Notes under the pieces: generated by a model | What the model was told of the DNA's origin: nothing | The model's input: only the letters and a program-made list of their open reading frames with translations | Database searches by the model: none | Part shown: piece after piece, positions 29,077 to 39,340 of the stretch | Layout: every line of letters begins with the position of its first letter | Numbering within the stretch: the stretch's first letter is position 1 | Translations under genes and position numbers: made by a program | Assembly (NCBI RefSeq): GCF_029893235.1 | Contig: NZ_JARXWE010000017.1 | Coordinates: forward strand, 1-60,083 | Reading direction: 5' to 3' | Source: Dysgonomonas sp. PH5-45 | Lineage (GTDB): Bacteria > Bacteroidota > Bacteroidia > Bacteroidales > Dysgonomonadaceae | Length of the DNA: 60,083 nucleotides

Positions 29077-29949
29077 TTATACAAATGCCTTCAGACTCAT
29101 GTCTTTTACGGGAGCCGAATAGATAATAGCCCCTGATGAAATGAAATCGACACCTGTTTCTGCTATGCCCTTAACCGATTGGATGGTTATACCTCCCGAT
29201 GCTTCGGTTTTTGCTGTACCATTGATAAGCTTTACGGCCTCCGTCATTTGTTGAGGCGTCATATTGTCGAGCATAATAATATCGACCTGCTTTGTAGCAA
29301 TAGCCTCCCGCACTTCTTCCAGATTGCGGGTTTCAACTTCTATCTTTAAGTCAAGATTGTTTTCTTTCAGGTATCTGACGGTTGCTTCAACGGCTTGGGT
29401 TATTCCCCCCGCATAGTCGTTATGATTGTCTTTAAGCATAATCATATCATAAAGCCCATAACGGTGATTTTGCGCTCCACCAATATAGACAGCCCATTTT
29501 TCGCACATGCGGAAGTTCGGGGTTGTTTTGCGGGTATCCAGTATTTTTGTTTTTGTGTTGGCTACCAATGTGGCCATTTCTGCAGCCGAAGTTGCTATTC
29601 CACTCATTCGCTGCATGCAGTTTAAAACAAGGCGTTCGCAAGTAAGAATGGAGCGGGCAGAACCCGATACAATGAAAGCAATATCGCCTTTCTGTACTTT
29701 TTCGCCATCATTTTTCAGAACTTCCACTTTTAGGCTTTTGTCGTAATAACGGAAAATCTCTTGTGCCAAATCTACACCGGCCAATAAGCAATCGTCCTTT
29801 ATGAGCAAACGTGCTTTTTGCTGTGAATTTTGGGGAACACTTGCCAGAGTTGAATGGTCGCCACTGCCCACATCTTCGCGCAGGGCTTCGCTGATGAAGT
29901 GCCGCAAGTTTTCGGAGGTAACGTAATCGGGTCTATGCATTTTTGTCAA
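29077..29949 (-). CDS. nadC: Nicotinate-nucleotide pyrophosphorylase [carboxylating] (quinolinate phosphoribosyltransferase)
   Basis: 290 aa with conserved QPRTase blocks (LDTRKTTP, MLKDNH, IMLDNM). Confidence 0.9.
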   Translation of the reverse strand: MTKMHRPDYVTSENLRHFISEALREDVGSGDHSTLASVPQNSQQKARLLIKDDCLLAGVDLAQEIFRYYDKSLKVEVLKNDGEKVQKGDIAFIVSGSARSILTCERLVLNCMQRMSGIATSAAEMATLVANTKTKILDTRKTTPNFRMCEKWAVYIGGAQNHRYGLYDMIMLKDNHNDYAGGITQAVEATVRYLKENNLDLKIEVETRNLEEVREAIATKQVDIIMLDNMTPQQMTEAVKLINGTAKTEASGGITIQSVKGIAETGVDFISSGAIIYSAPVKDMSLKAFV

Positions 29950-31516
29950 GATCTTTGTTATAGAATGCCCCCCTGTTTTCGTTCTGCTCTATGCTTTGCG
30001 TTATGATAAGGAAAGCAACGCTCACAAGGTTTCGCAGCTCCGAGAGTTGAGGCGAAAGGATTGAAAAATTATATATTTCTTTTACCGAACGGTAAATTTC
30101 TTCTTCTTTTTGTTTTGCTAATTTCAGCCGGGCATTACTGCGGACTATCCCCACGAGATCGCTCATCAGCGTTTGCAACTCTTTGCGTAAATAATTGAGC
30201 AATACCATCTCTTCGTTTACACGCATCCCTTCTTGGTTCCATTCGGGTACTTTATTGAGGTTTATGTAGTTGAAGTCATCTTCGGCCAGCCTTTCAACGG
30301 TTTTCATGGCAGCCCGGTGACCAAAAACAAGGGCTTCGAGAAGTGAGTTCGAAGCAAGCCTGTTTGCCCCGTGCAGCCCCGTGTTGGAACATTCGCCAAC
30401 GGCAAACATATTTTTGATGGTGCTTTGTCCCACCAAATCTACTTCAATTCCTCCGCAAAGGTAATGACAAGCCGGAACCACAGGAATCAAGTCATTAAAC
30501 ATGTCCAGACCCTCGTCCTTGCATTGTTGGTAAATGTTGGGGAAATGTGCCATAAATTTATCGTGATCCAGATGGCGGCAATCCAGGCAAACATGGTCGT
30601 CGCCCCGGAGTTTCATCTCATTGTCGATGGCACGGGCTACGATGTCGCGCGAGGCGAGTTCCTCCCGTTCGTCGTACTTGTGCATGAAAGGTTCGCCCGA
30701 TACTGTGCGGAGCTTAGCTCCAAATCCACGCACGGCTTCCGATATGAGCGACAACTGTCCGGCCTTTCCGCTGTAAAATGCTGTGGGGTGGAATTGTATA
30801 AACTGCATATTGCTGATTTTGGCTTTTGCACGGTGAGCCAAGCCAATACCGTCGCCTGTTGCAATAAGGGGGTTTGTTGTGTTTTTATAAACATGCCCGC
30901 AACCACCTGTTGCCATGAGGGTTATTTTTGCCGACATTTTCTTTATCCTTCCGGTTTTCAGATTCAGCACATATGCCCCATAGCAGTTCAGATTGTATTT
31001 GTCGAACGATTCGTTTGGTACATGATGCTCGGTTATCAAGTCTATCACATAGTGATGATTCAGCAGTTCGATGTTTGGCTTGTGTTTTACTGCTTCCAAA
31101 AGAGCCCGTTCAATTTCAGCACCTGTTATATCCTTATAGTGAACCACCCGATTTTCGGTATGTCCGCCTTCGCGGCCAAGGTCGAAAGTTTGCTCGTTAT
31201 TTTTGTCGAAGTTTGCTCCCCATTCCACAATTTCACGAACTCTTTCGGGGCCTTCTTTCACCACTACTTCAACGGCTTCTTTTTTGCACAACCCGTCGCC
31301 GGCACGCAAGGTGTCGGCAATGTGTTTTTCAAAACTGTCTGTTTCGAAGTTGGTTACGACAGCTACGCCGCCTTGTGCATATTTTGTGTTCGATTCTTCG
31401 TCGTCCGATTTTGTGAGAACCGTAATCTTTGCATCGGGTTTCTTTTGTGCAATTTTCAGCGCATACGATAGTCCTGAAATTCCAGACCCTATCACCAATA
31501 CATCTGTATATATCAT
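29933..31516 (-). CDS. nadB: L-aspartate oxidase
   Basis: 527 aa. N-terminal FAD-binding GSGISGL (GxGxxG), plus a succinate-dehydrogenase/fumarate-reductase flavoprotein-like fold (HYxxGG). Overlaps the nadC start by 17 bp. Confidence 0.9.
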   Translation of the reverse strand: MIYTDVLVIGSGISGLSYALKIAQKKPDAKITVLTKSDDEESNTKYAQGGVAVVTNFETDSFEKHIADTLRAGDGLCKKEAVEVVVKEGPERVREIVEWGANFDKNNEQTFDLGREGGHTENRVVHYKDITGAEIERALLEAVKHKPNIELLNHHYVIDLITEHHVPNESFDKYNLNCYGAYVLNLKTGRIKKMSAKITLMATGGCGHVYKNTTNPLIATGDGIGLAHRAKAKISNMQFIQFHPTAFYSGKAGQLSLISEAVRGFGAKLRTVSGEPFMHKYDEREELASRDIVARAIDNEMKLRGDDHVCLDCRHLDHDKFMAHFPNIYQQCKDEGLDMFNDLIPVVPACHYLCGGIEVDLVGQSTIKNMFAVGECSNTGLHGANRLASNSLLEALVFGHRAAMKTVERLAEDDFNYINLNKVPEWNQEGMRVNEEMVLLNYLRKELQTLMSDLVGIVRSNARLKLAKQKEEEIYRSVKEIYNFSILSPQLSELRNLVSVAFLIITQSIEQNENRGAFYNKDLDKNA

Positions 31517-31526
31517 CCCATCATGT

Positions 31527-32555
31527 TTATTTGATATTCTTCGAAAGCTCCAACATCTTGTTTATAGGGCGTAGAGCTTTTAACCGTAGTTCTTCGTCCA
31601 TCAAGATTTCGGGGAGTTCATATTTCATGCACAAATACAATTTTTGCATTGTATTCAACTTCATAAAGTGACATTCGCTGCAATTGCAGGTCTCGTCGAC
31701 TGTCAGCGCGGGAATAAGTTTTTTGTGCGGAGCGCGTTTACGCATCTCGTGGAGGATTCCTTCTTCGGTGGCAACGATAAACTCTCTGCAATCGTCATTC
31801 ACTACATAGTTCAACAGATTGGCAGTGGACCCTACATGATGCGCCACTTGCAACACTGGTTTTTGAGCTTCGGGGTGGGCAATCAGTTTAGCATTGGGGT
31901 GTTCGAGCATTTGTTGAGCAATACGCTCAAGCGAGAAAGCTTCGTGCACGATGCAAGCTCCATCCCAAAGAATCATGTTGCGCCCTGTTATCTGATTGAT
32001 ATAGCGCCCCAGATTGCGGTCGGGAGCAAATATTATTTTTTGATCTTGTGGCAATGAGTTGATGATGTGTTCAACGTTAGACGAAGTGACGATAATATCG
32101 CTTTCGGCTTTTACCGTCGAATCGCAATTAATGTAGCTCACAACAATGGCATCGGGATGCTTTTCTCTTAAAGCCCGTAAGCCTTCGCCCGAACAAGAGT
32201 CGGCTAACGAACAACCAGCCAGAAGATCGGGCAAGACAACTTTTTTGGTGGGGTTCAGTATTTTTGCAGTTTCAGCCATGAAGTGAACGCCGCAAAAAAC
32301 AATCATGTCGGCATCCGTATTTTCGGCAGCCCGTGCCAATTGTAGGCTATCACCCAGAAAATCGGCAATATCTTGGATATCGCCTATCTGATAATAGTGA
32401 GCCAAAATAATGGCATTTTTTTCTTTTCGCATCCGGTTTATTTCTTCAACCAGATTTGTACCCTCAGGTATTGGCATATCCAGATAGCCTTTAACTTTAA
32501 GGTTTTCGATAGCTTTTTGGAGTGTTGACATATTATGATTTAATGAAATAGGCAC
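31527..32555 (-). CDS. nadA: Quinolinate synthase A
   Basis: 342 aa. Three conserved Cys for the 4Fe-4S cluster and NadA blocks (ILAHYYQ, FCGVHFMAET, VSYINCDS). Confidence 0.9.
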   Translation of the reverse strand: MPISLNHNMSTLQKAIENLKVKGYLDMPIPEGTNLVEEINRMRKEKNAIILAHYYQIGDIQDIADFLGDSLQLARAAENTDADMIVFCGVHFMAETAKILNPTKKVVLPDLLAGCSLADSCSGEGLRALREKHPDAIVVSYINCDSTVKAESDIIVTSSNVEHIINSLPQDQKIIFAPDRNLGRYINQITGRNMILWDGACIVHEAFSLERIAQQMLEHPNAKLIAHPEAQKPVLQVAHHVGSTANLLNYVVNDDCREFIVATEEGILHEMRKRAPHKKLIPALTVDETCNCSECHFMKLNTMQKLYLCMKYELPEILMDEELRLKALRPINKMLELSKNIK

Positions 32556-32658
32556 GAATTTACTTATTTATATTCTAACAAACGTAATTTGCATTTGTTT
32601 ATTTGTTTTCCGTCTGCAAAATGTAATAGCCTTGCTTTTTGCTTCAGGAAAGGATATT

Positions 32659-33444
32659 TTATTGCTCTGTATTTTTAGCTTCGTTCCAGAGTGCGTCCAT
32701 TTGGGCTAAGGTCATGGTTTTTATGTCCTTGCCCTGTTCTTTTGCTTTCTGCTCAATATAGTTGAAGCGGCTGATGAACTTCTGGTTGGTACGTTCCAGA
32801 GCATTATCGGGATTTACTTTATAGAGGCGCGCGGCGTTGATGAGGCTGAAAAACAGGTCTCCGAATTCTGATTCCATCCGGTCGGGGTTCATTTGGCTTA
32901 CTTCCGATTGTAGTTCCTGATATTCTTCTTGCACTTTTTGCCAGACGTCTTCCTTCTGATTCCAGTCGAAACCTGCATTGCGGGCTTTGTCTTGTATGCG
33001 GTGGGCTTTTGCTATTGATGGCAACGATGCAGGTACGCCTTCGAGTACGGTTTTGTTACCTCCTTTTTCTTTAAGCTTTATTTGCTCCCACGATTTTTCT
33101 ACTTCGCCGGCTGTTGCTGCCGCATCATCGCCAAAAACATGGGGATGGCGGAACACAAGCTTGTCGCAAAGGGCGTTGCATACATCGGCAATGTCGAAAG
33201 CGTTCTTTTCTTCGCCTATCTTTGCATAAAAAACCACATGGAGCAACACATCGCCAAGTTCTTTTTTTATTTCTTGGTTGTCGTTACGGATGATTGCTTC
33301 GCACAGCTCGTAGGTTTCTTCTATTGTATTGGTACGCAGGCTTTCGTTTGTTTGTTTTGCATCCCAAGGACACTTTACACGTAGTTCGTCCATCGTATCG
33401 AGTAGGCGGCCAAAAGCCTGCATTTTTTGTTCTTTAGTATTCAT
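32659..33444 (-). CDS. mazG: Nucleoside triphosphate pyrophosphohydrolase MazG
   Basis: 261 aa. Tandem MazG all-alpha NTP-PPase domains with the EExxE...ELGDxL motif (IEETYELCEAI...ELGDVLLHVVFYA). Confidence 0.85.
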   Translation of the reverse strand: MNTKEQKMQAFGRLLDTMDELRVKCPWDAKQTNESLRTNTIEETYELCEAIIRNDNQEIKKELGDVLLHVVFYAKIGEEKNAFDIADVCNALCDKLVFRHPHVFGDDAAATAGEVEKSWEQIKLKEKGGNKTVLEGVPASLPSIAKAHRIQDKARNAGFDWNQKEDVWQKVQEEYQELQSEVSQMNPDRMESEFGDLFFSLINAARLYKVNPDNALERTNQKFISRFNYIEQKAKEQGKDIKTMTLAQMDALWNEAKNTEQ

Positions 33445-33475
33445 CGGAAATAAGAAATCTTTTTTTATACAAAAA

Positions 33476-33500
33476 TAGCAGACTTCGGCGAAATCTGCTA
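33476..33500 (-). terminator. Possible terminator hairpin after dsbD
   Basis: TAGCAGA(cttcggcgaaa)TCTGCTA stem-loop. The T-tract is weak. Confidence 0.35.
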
Positions 33501-33525
33501 TCTTTTATCATAAGACATTTAGTTT

Positions 33526-35577
33526 TTATTCGGCTGTTGCCTCTGCTTCTTCTTTACCAAAATTGCTTAACCCTGTTTTCAGGAACTTAATGTACTTGTC
33601 CACATCCTCGTCGTAAGCATAAGATGGGCCTATTGGGTTGCCTTTATGATCGAGCGTTACATAATATGGTTGCGAGTTGGTTCCAAACTTATGGCGTTGC
33701 AAATAGCTCCATTTGTCGCCCAAGGTTTTCAGTTTGCTTGTTTTACCGTTTTCGGTTACTTCAATTGGCTCGGCAAGTTTGGTTTTGTCGTCAACCATGA
33801 GTGTGATAAGAACGTAGTCTTGTTCCAGATATGTTTTAACTCGTGGGTCAATCCAAACCGAAGCCTCCATTTTACGGCAGTTTACACAACCAAAACCGGA
33901 GAAGTCGACCAATACGGGTTTATTATTCTGACGGGCATATTCCATACCGGCTTCGTAATTGTCGAACTTAGCGTGAACGGCTCCGTCGTACAGATTAAAA
34001 TCTTGCGTAGTTGACGGTGGGGCAAAAGCACTGATAGATTTAAGCGGTGCACCCCAAAGACCGGGAACCATATATAGCGCAAAGCTTAATGATATCATAG
34101 CCAAGAAAAGACGGGTTACGGAAATGCTTTTCAAATCGCTGTCGTGCGAAAATTTAAGTTTACCAAGCAGATAAAGTCCTAACAGCGCGAATATGATAAT
34201 CCAAAGTACAAGGAATACTTCTCTGTCCAATATGCGCCATCCGTAAGCCATATCGGCAACCGAAAGGAATTTAAGAGCAAGTGCAAGTTCAAGGAACCCA
34301 AGAACCACTTTCACTGAGTTCAGCCATCCGCCCGATTTTGGCATGCTTTCGAGCCAAGAAGGGAAGATTGCGAACAAAGAGAAAGGTATAGACAGTGCTA
34401 TGGCAAATCCAAACATACCTGTTGCCGGAGCAATGATTGCGCCTGTACTGGCTGCTTCGACCAACAGTGTACCGATAATAGGGCCTGTACATGAAAACGA
34501 CACCAACACCAGTGTGAATGCCATGAAAAATATGCTGAGGATACCTGTTGTAGAATCGGCTTTGCTATCCATTTTGTTTGTCCACGAAGAAGGAAGTACC
34601 AATTCAAAAGCACCCAAGAATGAAGCTGCGAACAAAACAAGTATTGCAAAGAATATGAGGTTAAACAGAGCGCTTGTAGATAAGTCGTTCAGTGCGCTCG
34701 CACCAAATATACCGGTTATAACCAAACCTAACAGTACGTAGATAACTATAATGGAAAAGCCATAAGTCAACGCGTCTTTTATTGCTTTGGCTCTGCTTTT
34801 TTTATTTCTTTTCAAGAAGAAGCTCACTGTCATCGGTATCATTGGCCATACACAAGGCGTTAGCAGGGCTACCAATCCTCCACCAAAACCAAGAACAAAA
34901 ATCATCAGAAGCGATCTGTTTTCAACACTTCCGGCAGCACCATATTCTCTTAATTCTTCGATAACAGGTGTCCATAAATCAGTGTTTCCATCAGTCGATG
35001 TTGTGGCTGCGGGAGCTACTGCTGCTACCGAGTCGGTTGTTGTTGCTATCGAATCCGATTCTCCGTCACCTTCGGCGGCGGTATCGTCACCTTTATCGTC
35101 GGCTACAACTAAAGTCGCAGGCAGGTCTTTAGACGAAAATTTAAAATCTATGGGTATCGGAGGCATACAGGCCTGATCGTCGCAGGCTTGTGCCCGGACG
35201 TCACCTTCCAATTTGAATTTGGCTTTATCTGTAACCTTGAAGCGTTGTACAAAAGTTGCCGAGTTGGCAAAGAATCCGATTTCCATTTCAAAAACGGGGT
35301 CAAACTCTTTGTGGGCGGCGCGTGTTGCCCTGAATGAGCCTACTTTGGTTGCGCCTTGTATCGCGTCTATCGAAAGTGTAGTAGGGTTAGGTCCGTCTTG
35401 AGGCACTTTTATGTCGTAAATATGCCAATTTTTCTGGATAGTGGCAGTTGCGGTAAGTTCCACTTCGCTGTTGCCTTTATCCACTAATTTAAAAGACCAT
35501 GAAACCGGATCTTGTGCAAATATTTTGCTGGCAAATGCGGTTACAAGGAATATCAGAAAAAAAATCTTTTTAGCCAT
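33526..35577 (-). CDS. dsbD: Thiol:disulfide interchange protein DsbD (protein-disulfide reductase)
   Basis: 683 aa. Signal peptide, then an N-terminal periplasmic DsbD-alpha domain. Central 8-TM domain with the paired Cys in LTPCVWPMIP. C-terminal thioredoxin domain with the CVNC (CxxC) motif in FSGFGCVNCRKME. Confidence 0.88.
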   Translation of the reverse strand: MAKKIFFLIFLVTAFASKIFAQDPVSWSFKLVDKGNSEVELTATATIQKNWHIYDIKVPQDGPNPTTLSIDAIQGATKVGSFRATRAAHKEFDPVFEMEIGFFANSATFVQRFKVTDKAKFKLEGDVRAQACDDQACMPPIPIDFKFSSKDLPATLVVADDKGDDTAAEGDGESDSIATTTDSVAAVAPAATTSTDGNTDLWTPVIEELREYGAAGSVENRSLLMIFVLGFGGGLVALLTPCVWPMIPMTVSFFLKRNKKSRAKAIKDALTYGFSIIVIYVLLGLVITGIFGASALNDLSTSALFNLIFFAILVLFAASFLGAFELVLPSSWTNKMDSKADSTTGILSIFFMAFTLVLVSFSCTGPIIGTLLVEAASTGAIIAPATGMFGFAIALSIPFSLFAIFPSWLESMPKSGGWLNSVKVVLGFLELALALKFLSVADMAYGWRILDREVFLVLWIIIFALLGLYLLGKLKFSHDSDLKSISVTRLFLAMISLSFALYMVPGLWGAPLKSISAFAPPSTTQDFNLYDGAVHAKFDNYEAGMEYARQNNKPVLVDFSGFGCVNCRKMEASVWIDPRVKTYLEQDYVLITLMVDDKTKLAEPIEVTENGKTSKLKTLGDKWSYLQRHKFGTNSQPYYVTLDHKGNPIGPSYAYDEDVDKYIKFLKTGLSNFGKEEAEATAE

Positions 35578-35945
35578 AAGTAAGATTAAGTATGTAATAC
35601 GATTCTATTGAATAATCTGGTTGGCAAAGTTATAAAAAAAAATATTCTCCCTGTAAACACCTGCGTTTCCTAATTTTTTAACTCTACAACATGTTTTGCG
35701 TAGCATGTTACGGCATGTAATAAAATCAATATTGGGTTAGTGGATTGAAATATAATCTATTGGGAGGGCATGAGCTATTAACACTTTTGCGGAATATTTT
35801 TGTAACGATCACAAAAACACTCCGTCGGAATATTTTAATAAAGGCGCATTTTTAAGTAACATTAAATTTCTTTGCAGATTATTTTATATGATTTCAGTTT
35901 TCTATACTTGCTTTTGACACAATGGTAGAGACCACAGGCTTTTTG

Positions 35946-37070
35946 TTATTTTATCAGCTTAATTATTTTCTCGGAACTTAAATCGTTATTGTATAACTCA
36001 TTGAGTACACTCTGTCTTATAATGATTTCTTTTTCATCAAAATCTTTTTCGTAATATTCGCAAATAGTTTTTAGAAGACCGGTTTGATTTTCGGGAAAGT
36101 CTATACACAAACTATCCAACCCCGAACCTTCGGTTATGGCATGATTAGCTATACAGTATCGTCCCGAATACAAGGTGTTTATTAGTTTTAGTTTTACTCC
36201 TGCCGGATGTTTTGCGTACAATATATTAATGGATGCGTTTCGGACTAAGTCCTGCATTTCGTCATGGTTTGGACTTGCCTGAACGGAAACATTGTTTAGC
36301 GACAAGGCGCTTTTTTTAATTGAGGTATCCGGATTTTTTCCTGCTATAATAAGCTTTAAAGAACGGTCGGCCTTAGCCACATTTTCGATGAGAAATATGG
36401 CCGCGTTTATGTTTTCCGAAACGCTTAAGTCTCCATGAAAAAGCAAATAAGGATGCAACACTTCTGTTTTTATATCAACATCTTTGTTTTGATGAAAAAC
36501 AGGGATATAAACCGTCTTGTTTTCTCCATACACTTGCTTGTAGTAGCTGGCGTCAGACAGGGATAAAGGAATAATATAGTCGGAATATTTTAGTTGGGAT
36601 TCAAACTTTTTTAAACGGAACTTCTCTATCGTGAAAAATATTTTTTCAACAACAGAACCACTTGTTTTTGCCAACCCCGAATAATAATGATGCTCTATAT
36701 TGTGCGCCCTGACTATTTTTGTGCGATGCCTCAACTCCGGATTGTTTATATAATAGCAAGTATGTAATCCTTCAAATAAGATAGGATAATTGTTCGACAA
36801 TAAGTTGCGAAGTAAATTCTCGTTTTCCCTGCTTTTTACAATATACGGTAAGGTTGACAACTGCGATAAGAAGCCGGTTTTTCTTTTATAATAATATACT
36901 TCGGCACAATATTTATTCAATTCGTCGGAATGTTCCCTTCCATATTCAAAACAATGTAGCGTGATTTTTGCACCCGCTTTATACAATGCCTTTATTTTAT
37001 AAAAGACATCTATAACACCTCCATAATTTGCCGGAAAAGGAATATTAAAAGAAACAATATTGATATTCAT
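35946..37070 (-). CDS. Glycosyltransferase (GT4/GT1-type)
   Basis: 374 aa. The N-terminal NIVSFNIPFPANYGGVIDV is typical of GT-B fold family-4 glycosyltransferases, with an EG-containing C-terminal domain. Confidence 0.6.
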   Translation of the reverse strand: MNINIVSFNIPFPANYGGVIDVFYKIKALYKAGAKITLHCFEYGREHSDELNKYCAEVYYYKRKTGFLSQLSTLPYIVKSRENENLLRNLLSNNYPILFEGLHTCYYINNPELRHRTKIVRAHNIEHHYYSGLAKTSGSVVEKIFFTIEKFRLKKFESQLKYSDYIIPLSLSDASYYKQVYGENKTVYIPVFHQNKDVDIKTEVLHPYLLFHGDLSVSENINAAIFLIENVAKADRSLKLIIAGKNPDTSIKKSALSLNNVSVQASPNHDEMQDLVRNASINILYAKHPAGVKLKLINTLYSGRYCIANHAITEGSGLDSLCIDFPENQTGLLKTICEYYEKDFDEKEIIIRQSVLNELYNNDLSSEKIIKLIK

Positions 37071-37172
37071 TACAAATACATTATATTTCGGACAAAGATA
37101 ACGTAATTTAAAGAGCGACTAATTTTCAAACAATTTTTTTACACTATCTTTGTTCTAAAAGAAAGATACATC

Positions 37173-37715
37173 GTGCTGATAGCTCAACAAAAGAAAAAAG
37201 AAAATATTGCCGAATACCTGCTGTATATGTGGCAGGTAGAAGATTTGATTCGTGCCAACGGATTGGATATCAATAAAATTCAGCAAAATATTATTGATAA
37301 ATTCAATCAGCCGGAAGACGTAAAACAACAAATACATGACTGGTATGCCAATCTGGTGGAAATGATGCGGTTGGAACATGTTGCGCAAACGGGGCATCTT
37401 CAGATAAATAAAAATATCATCATAGATTTAACCGATTTGCACTTGCGTTTGCAGAAGTCGCCACAGGAAGCATTCTATACAACAGCCTATTATAACGCTT
37501 TGCCCTATATTGTGGAACTACGGGCTAAAAACAAAAAAACGGACGTGCCAGAAATAGAGACTTGTTTTGAAGCCCTTTACGGATTTCTCCTGTTGCGGAT
37601 GCAAAACAAAGAAGTGTCGGCACAGACTCAGACTGCAATTAAGCAAATATCCGCTTTTTTGCGGATTCTTGCCGAAAAATATAGGCAGGAGAGGGATGGC
37701 GAATTGGAATTATAA
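37173..37715 (+). CDS. Hypothetical protein (DUF4924-like)
   Basis: 180 aa, all-helical and charged. In Bacteroides, such an ORF commonly precedes rfbD. The family name is from memory. Confidence 0.45.
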   Translation: MLIAQQKKKENIAEYLLYMWQVEDLIRANGLDINKIQQNIIDKFNQPEDVKQQIHDWYANLVEMMRLEHVAQTGHLQINKNIIIDLTDLHLRLQKSPQEAFYTTAYYNALPYIVELRAKNKKTDVPEIETCFEALYGFLLLRMQNKEVSAQTQTAIKQISAFLRILAEKYRQERDGELEL

Positions 37716-37744
37716 CAAAAAAACATACAAAACTTACATTAAAA

Positions 37745-38626
37745 ATGTATATGCAAAAAAATATATTAGTAACAGGGGCTAACGGTCAGTTGGGTAGCGA
37801 ATTGAGGAGAATTGTTAGTAATGACGGAACTAACTTTCGTTTTTTCTTTACAGATGTGGCCGAACTTGATATAACTAACCCGGAAGCAGTGGAGGCTTTT
37901 GTTTCTGGAAATTCTATCGATTATATAATTAATTGTGCTGCTTATACGGCTGTCGATAAAGCGGAAGATGATGAGGAACTTTGCCGGAAAATAAATACGG
38001 ATGCGGTACGCAATCTGGGAATGGCTGCGACGAAACATGGGGCGAGGGTTATTCATGTGTCGACCGACTATGTTTTTGATGGAACAAAAACGAGTCCTTA
38101 CGTCGAAACTGATGCCGTCTGTCCAAAGTCGGTTTATGGTATTACCAAGCAGGCAGGCGAAGCTGTATTGCAGGAGGTTTGCCCCGAATCGGTTATTATC
38201 CGCACGGCATGGCTGTATTCAGTTTATGGGAATAATTTTGTAAAAACCATGATTCGTCTGGGTAAGGAGCGCAACGAACTGAATGTTGTATCCGACCAAA
38301 CAGGCACGCCAACCAACGCCGCCGATTTAGCAAAAGCAATAGTAAATATATTAAATATGGCCGAAAAAGGAGGTTTCGTTCCGGGCATATATCATTATTC
38401 TGACGAGGGAGTTACGACCTGGTACGACTTTACTGTAGCTATTCATAAATTGGCAGGTATTACAAGCTGCAAAGTGAATCCGATACCAACAAGTGCCTAT
38501 CCCACGCGCGCCGTCAGACCACAATATAGCGTATTGGATAAAACTAAAATAAAAACAGTCTACAGCCTTGGAATACCTCGCTGGGAAGATAGTTTGGCTG
38601 TTTGCATCGATGAGTTGTTGAACTAA
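37745..38626 (+). CDS. rfbD: dTDP-4-dehydrorhamnose reductase
   Basis: 293 aa. N-terminal NAD(P)-binding LVTGANGQLG, plus an SDR catalytic YxxxK region (YGITKQAGE). RmlD-type length and C-terminus. Confidence 0.88.
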   Translation: MYMQKNILVTGANGQLGSELRRIVSNDGTNFRFFFTDVAELDITNPEAVEAFVSGNSIDYIINCAAYTAVDKAEDDEELCRKINTDAVRNLGMAATKHGARVIHVSTDYVFDGTKTSPYVETDAVCPKSVYGITKQAGEAVLQEVCPESVIIRTAWLYSVYGNNFVKTMIRLGKERNELNVVSDQTGTPTNAADLAKAIVNILNMAEKGGFVPGIYHYSDEGVTTWYDFTVAIHKLAGITSCKVNPIPTSAYPTRAVRPQYSVLDKTKIKTVYSLGIPRWEDSLAVCIDELLN

Positions 38627-38682
38627 TTGTCCCGTCCTAAAAAGGGGCTATAGGTTTAATTAGACAAAATATTAATAATTTA

Positions 38683-38724
38683 TGAGATAGTTGTCGAGCT
38701 AGCCCGACAACTATCTTTGTTTTT
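38683..38724 (+). terminator. Rho-independent terminator of rfbD
   Basis: GAGATAGTTGTCG(agctagcc)CGACAACTATCTTTGTTTTTT. A perfect 12-13 bp stem followed by a T-run. Confidence 0.75.
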
Positions 38725-38910
38725 TACAGGTTTTGATATCTACATTTTTTTGCTTTGCATTTCATCTGAAGTTTTCATGGATCATCCCGAATTCTTGTGA
38801 AGACAAATTTAATTTTTCGAGCGAGAAGAAGAAATAGAATATAGTATCAATCAAAAGGAAAATCACCATAAGCTGCTAACAATAAGTATTCTATAGATAC
38901 AAAATACGCC

Positions 38911-38928
38911 AACTCTATATATAAAGCT
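38911..38928. repeat. Left copy of the 18-bp perfect direct repeat AACTCTATATATAAAGCT flanking the AT-rich SIR2 cassette
   Basis: The exact 18-mer recurs at 40858-40875 in the same orientation. The copies are 1,947 bp apart and bracket the single SIR2-domain gene. Confidence 0.8.
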
Positions 38929-39340
38929 CCCTATTAAATCAAAAAAAATATCTTTTTGTTTTCTCCTCCACAACTTTCCAGGGTGATCCCAAATTTTTGT
39001 TTTTAAGTTTCTAAATAAAAGAAGCGTACTATCTTCCGTCCTATTTCGTCTATTTGAATTTGCGGATTCCTATAAACTGGACATAAAAAGTACAATCCCC
39101 CTATAATGGGAGCTTTATTCTGATAACAAAGATATAATATTTTGTAGGATACAAATATTTTAATCTATAAAGATGAGATAAATATAATTTGCGTGAAATT
39201 AAATGGAACTAAAAATCTATACTGAAATTCTTTTACTCTTTCGTACTAAAATGATTACTTTTAATGCAATTTTGTTAACACTCAATATAATTTGTATTTT
39301 TGAGATATGCAGAAAACAATCGACCAAAAAGGATAATATT

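Noticed and set aside
30371-31471. 366-aa plus-strand ORF inside nadB, together with the 162-aa and 123-aa ORFs nearby
   Set aside because: Antisense to L-aspartate oxidase, which has a clear FAD-binding motif. No domain signal.
35578-35945. 368-bp intergenic region with repeated CATGT motifs, considered as a possible ncRNA or riboswitch
   Set aside because: No conserved riboswitch core sequences and no convincing stable hairpin. More likely a promoter or UTR region for dsbD.
39203-39340. Upstream extension of the SIR2 ORF to the ATG at 39203, adding MELKIYTEILLLFRTKMITFNAILLTLNIICIFEICRKQSTKKDNI
   Set aside because: This is an extremely AT-rich, hydrophobic, low-complexity leader with no match to SIR2 N-termini. 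The internal ATG at 39341 is followed immediately by the conserved domain. The extension cannot be excluded without N-terminal proteomics.
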